From positions 1 to 36,325 of the forward strand of contig JACRCW010000123.1 in assembly GCA_016218805.1 (NCBI GenBank): DNA of 36,325 nt, given 5' to 3'. The translations under genes and the position numbers were made by a program. Under the pieces are notes generated by a model. The model saw only the letters and a list, made by a program, of their open reading frames with translations. It made no database searches and was not told where the DNA came from. The DNA comes from Deltaproteobacteria bacterium (GTDB lineage Bacteria; Myxococcota; JACRCW01). Positions 35,364 to 36,325 of this stretch are shown one piece after another (position 1 is the stretch's first letter; each line of letters begins with the position of its first letter).

Positions 35364-36080
35364 ATGTCACGCCCACTCCTTGTCACGGTTGACAACGCCC
35401 CGCCCGCGCGCCGCGTGGAGCCGCTGCGCGACGTCCCTGCCGGTCACCTCCGCGTTCACGAGGTGTACGCCTCCGTGCAGGGCGAGAGCACGTTCCAGGG
35501 CCGTCCGTGCGCGTTCCTCCGCACCACCGGCTGCCACCTGCGCTGCCATTACTGTGACACCGCGCATGCCTTCTATGACGGCACTGTGATGTCGGTGGAC
35601 GCCGTGGTGGAGCGGATGCGCGCGTTTGGGCTCCCGCTGGCGGAGGTCACCGGCGGCGAGCCACTGCTCCAACCCGCCGTCCATGGCGTGATGAGAGCGC
35701 TGTGCGACGCGGGTCTCACCGTGTTGCTGGAGACCAGCGGCGGGGTGGCCACGGACCGCGTGGACCCGCGCGTGCGCATCATCCTGGACGTGAAGACGCC
35801 CTCCAGCGGTGAAGCGGTGCGCAACGTGTGGGGCAACCTGGCGCGGCTGCGCCCGCATGACGAAGTGAAGTTCGTCATTGGGTCCGCGGAGGACTATGCG
35901 TTCACGCGGCGCGTCCTGGATGAGCACCGCCTTGCCGCGCGGTGCACGGTGCTGCTGAGTCCCGTCACGCCTGGCATGGATCCGCCAGAACTTGCGGCGT
36001 GGATCATCCGGGACCGCCTGCCGGTACGGTTCCAGGTGCAGTTGCACAAGGTGTTGTGGGGAGACCGTCGCGGGGTCTGA
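35364..36080 (+). CDS. queE: 7-carboxy-7-deazaguanine synthase (radical SAM)
   Basis: [58 protein letters not shown]. Confidence 0.92.
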   Translation: MSRPLLVTVDNAPPARRVEPLRDVPAGHLRVHEVYASVQGESTFQGRPCAFLRTTGCHLRCHYCDTAHAFYDGTVMSVDAVVERMRAFGLPLAEVTGGEPLLQPAVHGVMRALCDAGLTVLLETSGGVATDRVDPRVRIILDVKTPSSGEAVRNVWGNLARLRPHDEVKFVIGSAEDYAFTRRVLDEHRLAARCTVLLSPVTPGMDPPELAAWIIRDRLPVRFQVQLHKVLWGDRRGV

Positions 36081-36148
36081 GCGGCGCTTCCCTTCGCCGC
36101 CCAGATGTGATCAAACACGCGCCCCCAGAACGCGCCCCGGGTGAACGC

Positions 36149-36325
36149 ATGGCCGTCAAGAAGGTCGAGTACAACGAAGATGCCATCAAGACGCTGGACC
36201 CGCTCAGCCACATCCGGCTGCGGACCGGCATGTACATCGGTCGTCTCGGCGACGGGACGCACCCCGCGGACGGCATCTACGTCCTGATGAAGGAGGTGGT
36301 GGACAACTCCGTGGACGAGTTCATC
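36149..36325 (+). CDS. parE: Type IIA topoisomerase B subunit (topoisomerase IV ParE-like), 5' fragment
   Basis: [59 protein letters not shown] (HIRxRxGMYIG and EVVDNSxDE GHKL motifs); runs off the window. Confidence 0.85.
   Translation, partial: MAVKKVEYNEDAIKTLDPLSHIRLRTGMYIGRLGDGTHPADGIYVLMKEVVDNSVDEFI

Noticed and set aside
35364..36080. queE as part of a dpd (7-deazaguanine DNA modification) island
   Set aside because: No dpdA or other dpd/que genes adjacent; the context (hydrolase, parE) is housekeeping.

Overview
High-GC chromosomal window, probably from a Myxococcota bacterium (MYXO-CTERM-like sorting tail, Stig1-type Cys repeats, PEGA and TPR proteins). The left ~5 kb is accessory: the 3' end of an ISAzo13-family IS, a fragmented IS91-like transposase remnant, an AlkB-family membrane hydroxylase divergent from an amidase, and an orphan cassette of three translationally coupled genes whose first product resembles a polymorphic-toxin C-terminal domain. 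Next come a lipoprotein GH1 glycosidase, a MoxR-DUF58-transglutaminase operon, a Cys-rich lipoprotein, a TPR/lytic-transglycosylase cluster ending in a 42-aa basic sORF, and pncB-pncA with an NrtR-like operator. After that lie a lone lower-GC P-loop ATPase, a lipoprotein cyclophilin, a degenerate SLOG protein, a 2x[4Fe-4S] protein, a PEGA/Cys-rich/PEGA operon, two secreted proteins, a YheT-like hydrolase, queE and the start of parE. Non-coding DNA holds four copies of a two-hairpin repeat with covarying stems (one probably in frame within a gene), an inverted REP pair and tandem arrays abutting these palindromes. No rRNA, tRNA or CRISPR array was seen. All family calls come from motif recognition by eye; no searches were run.
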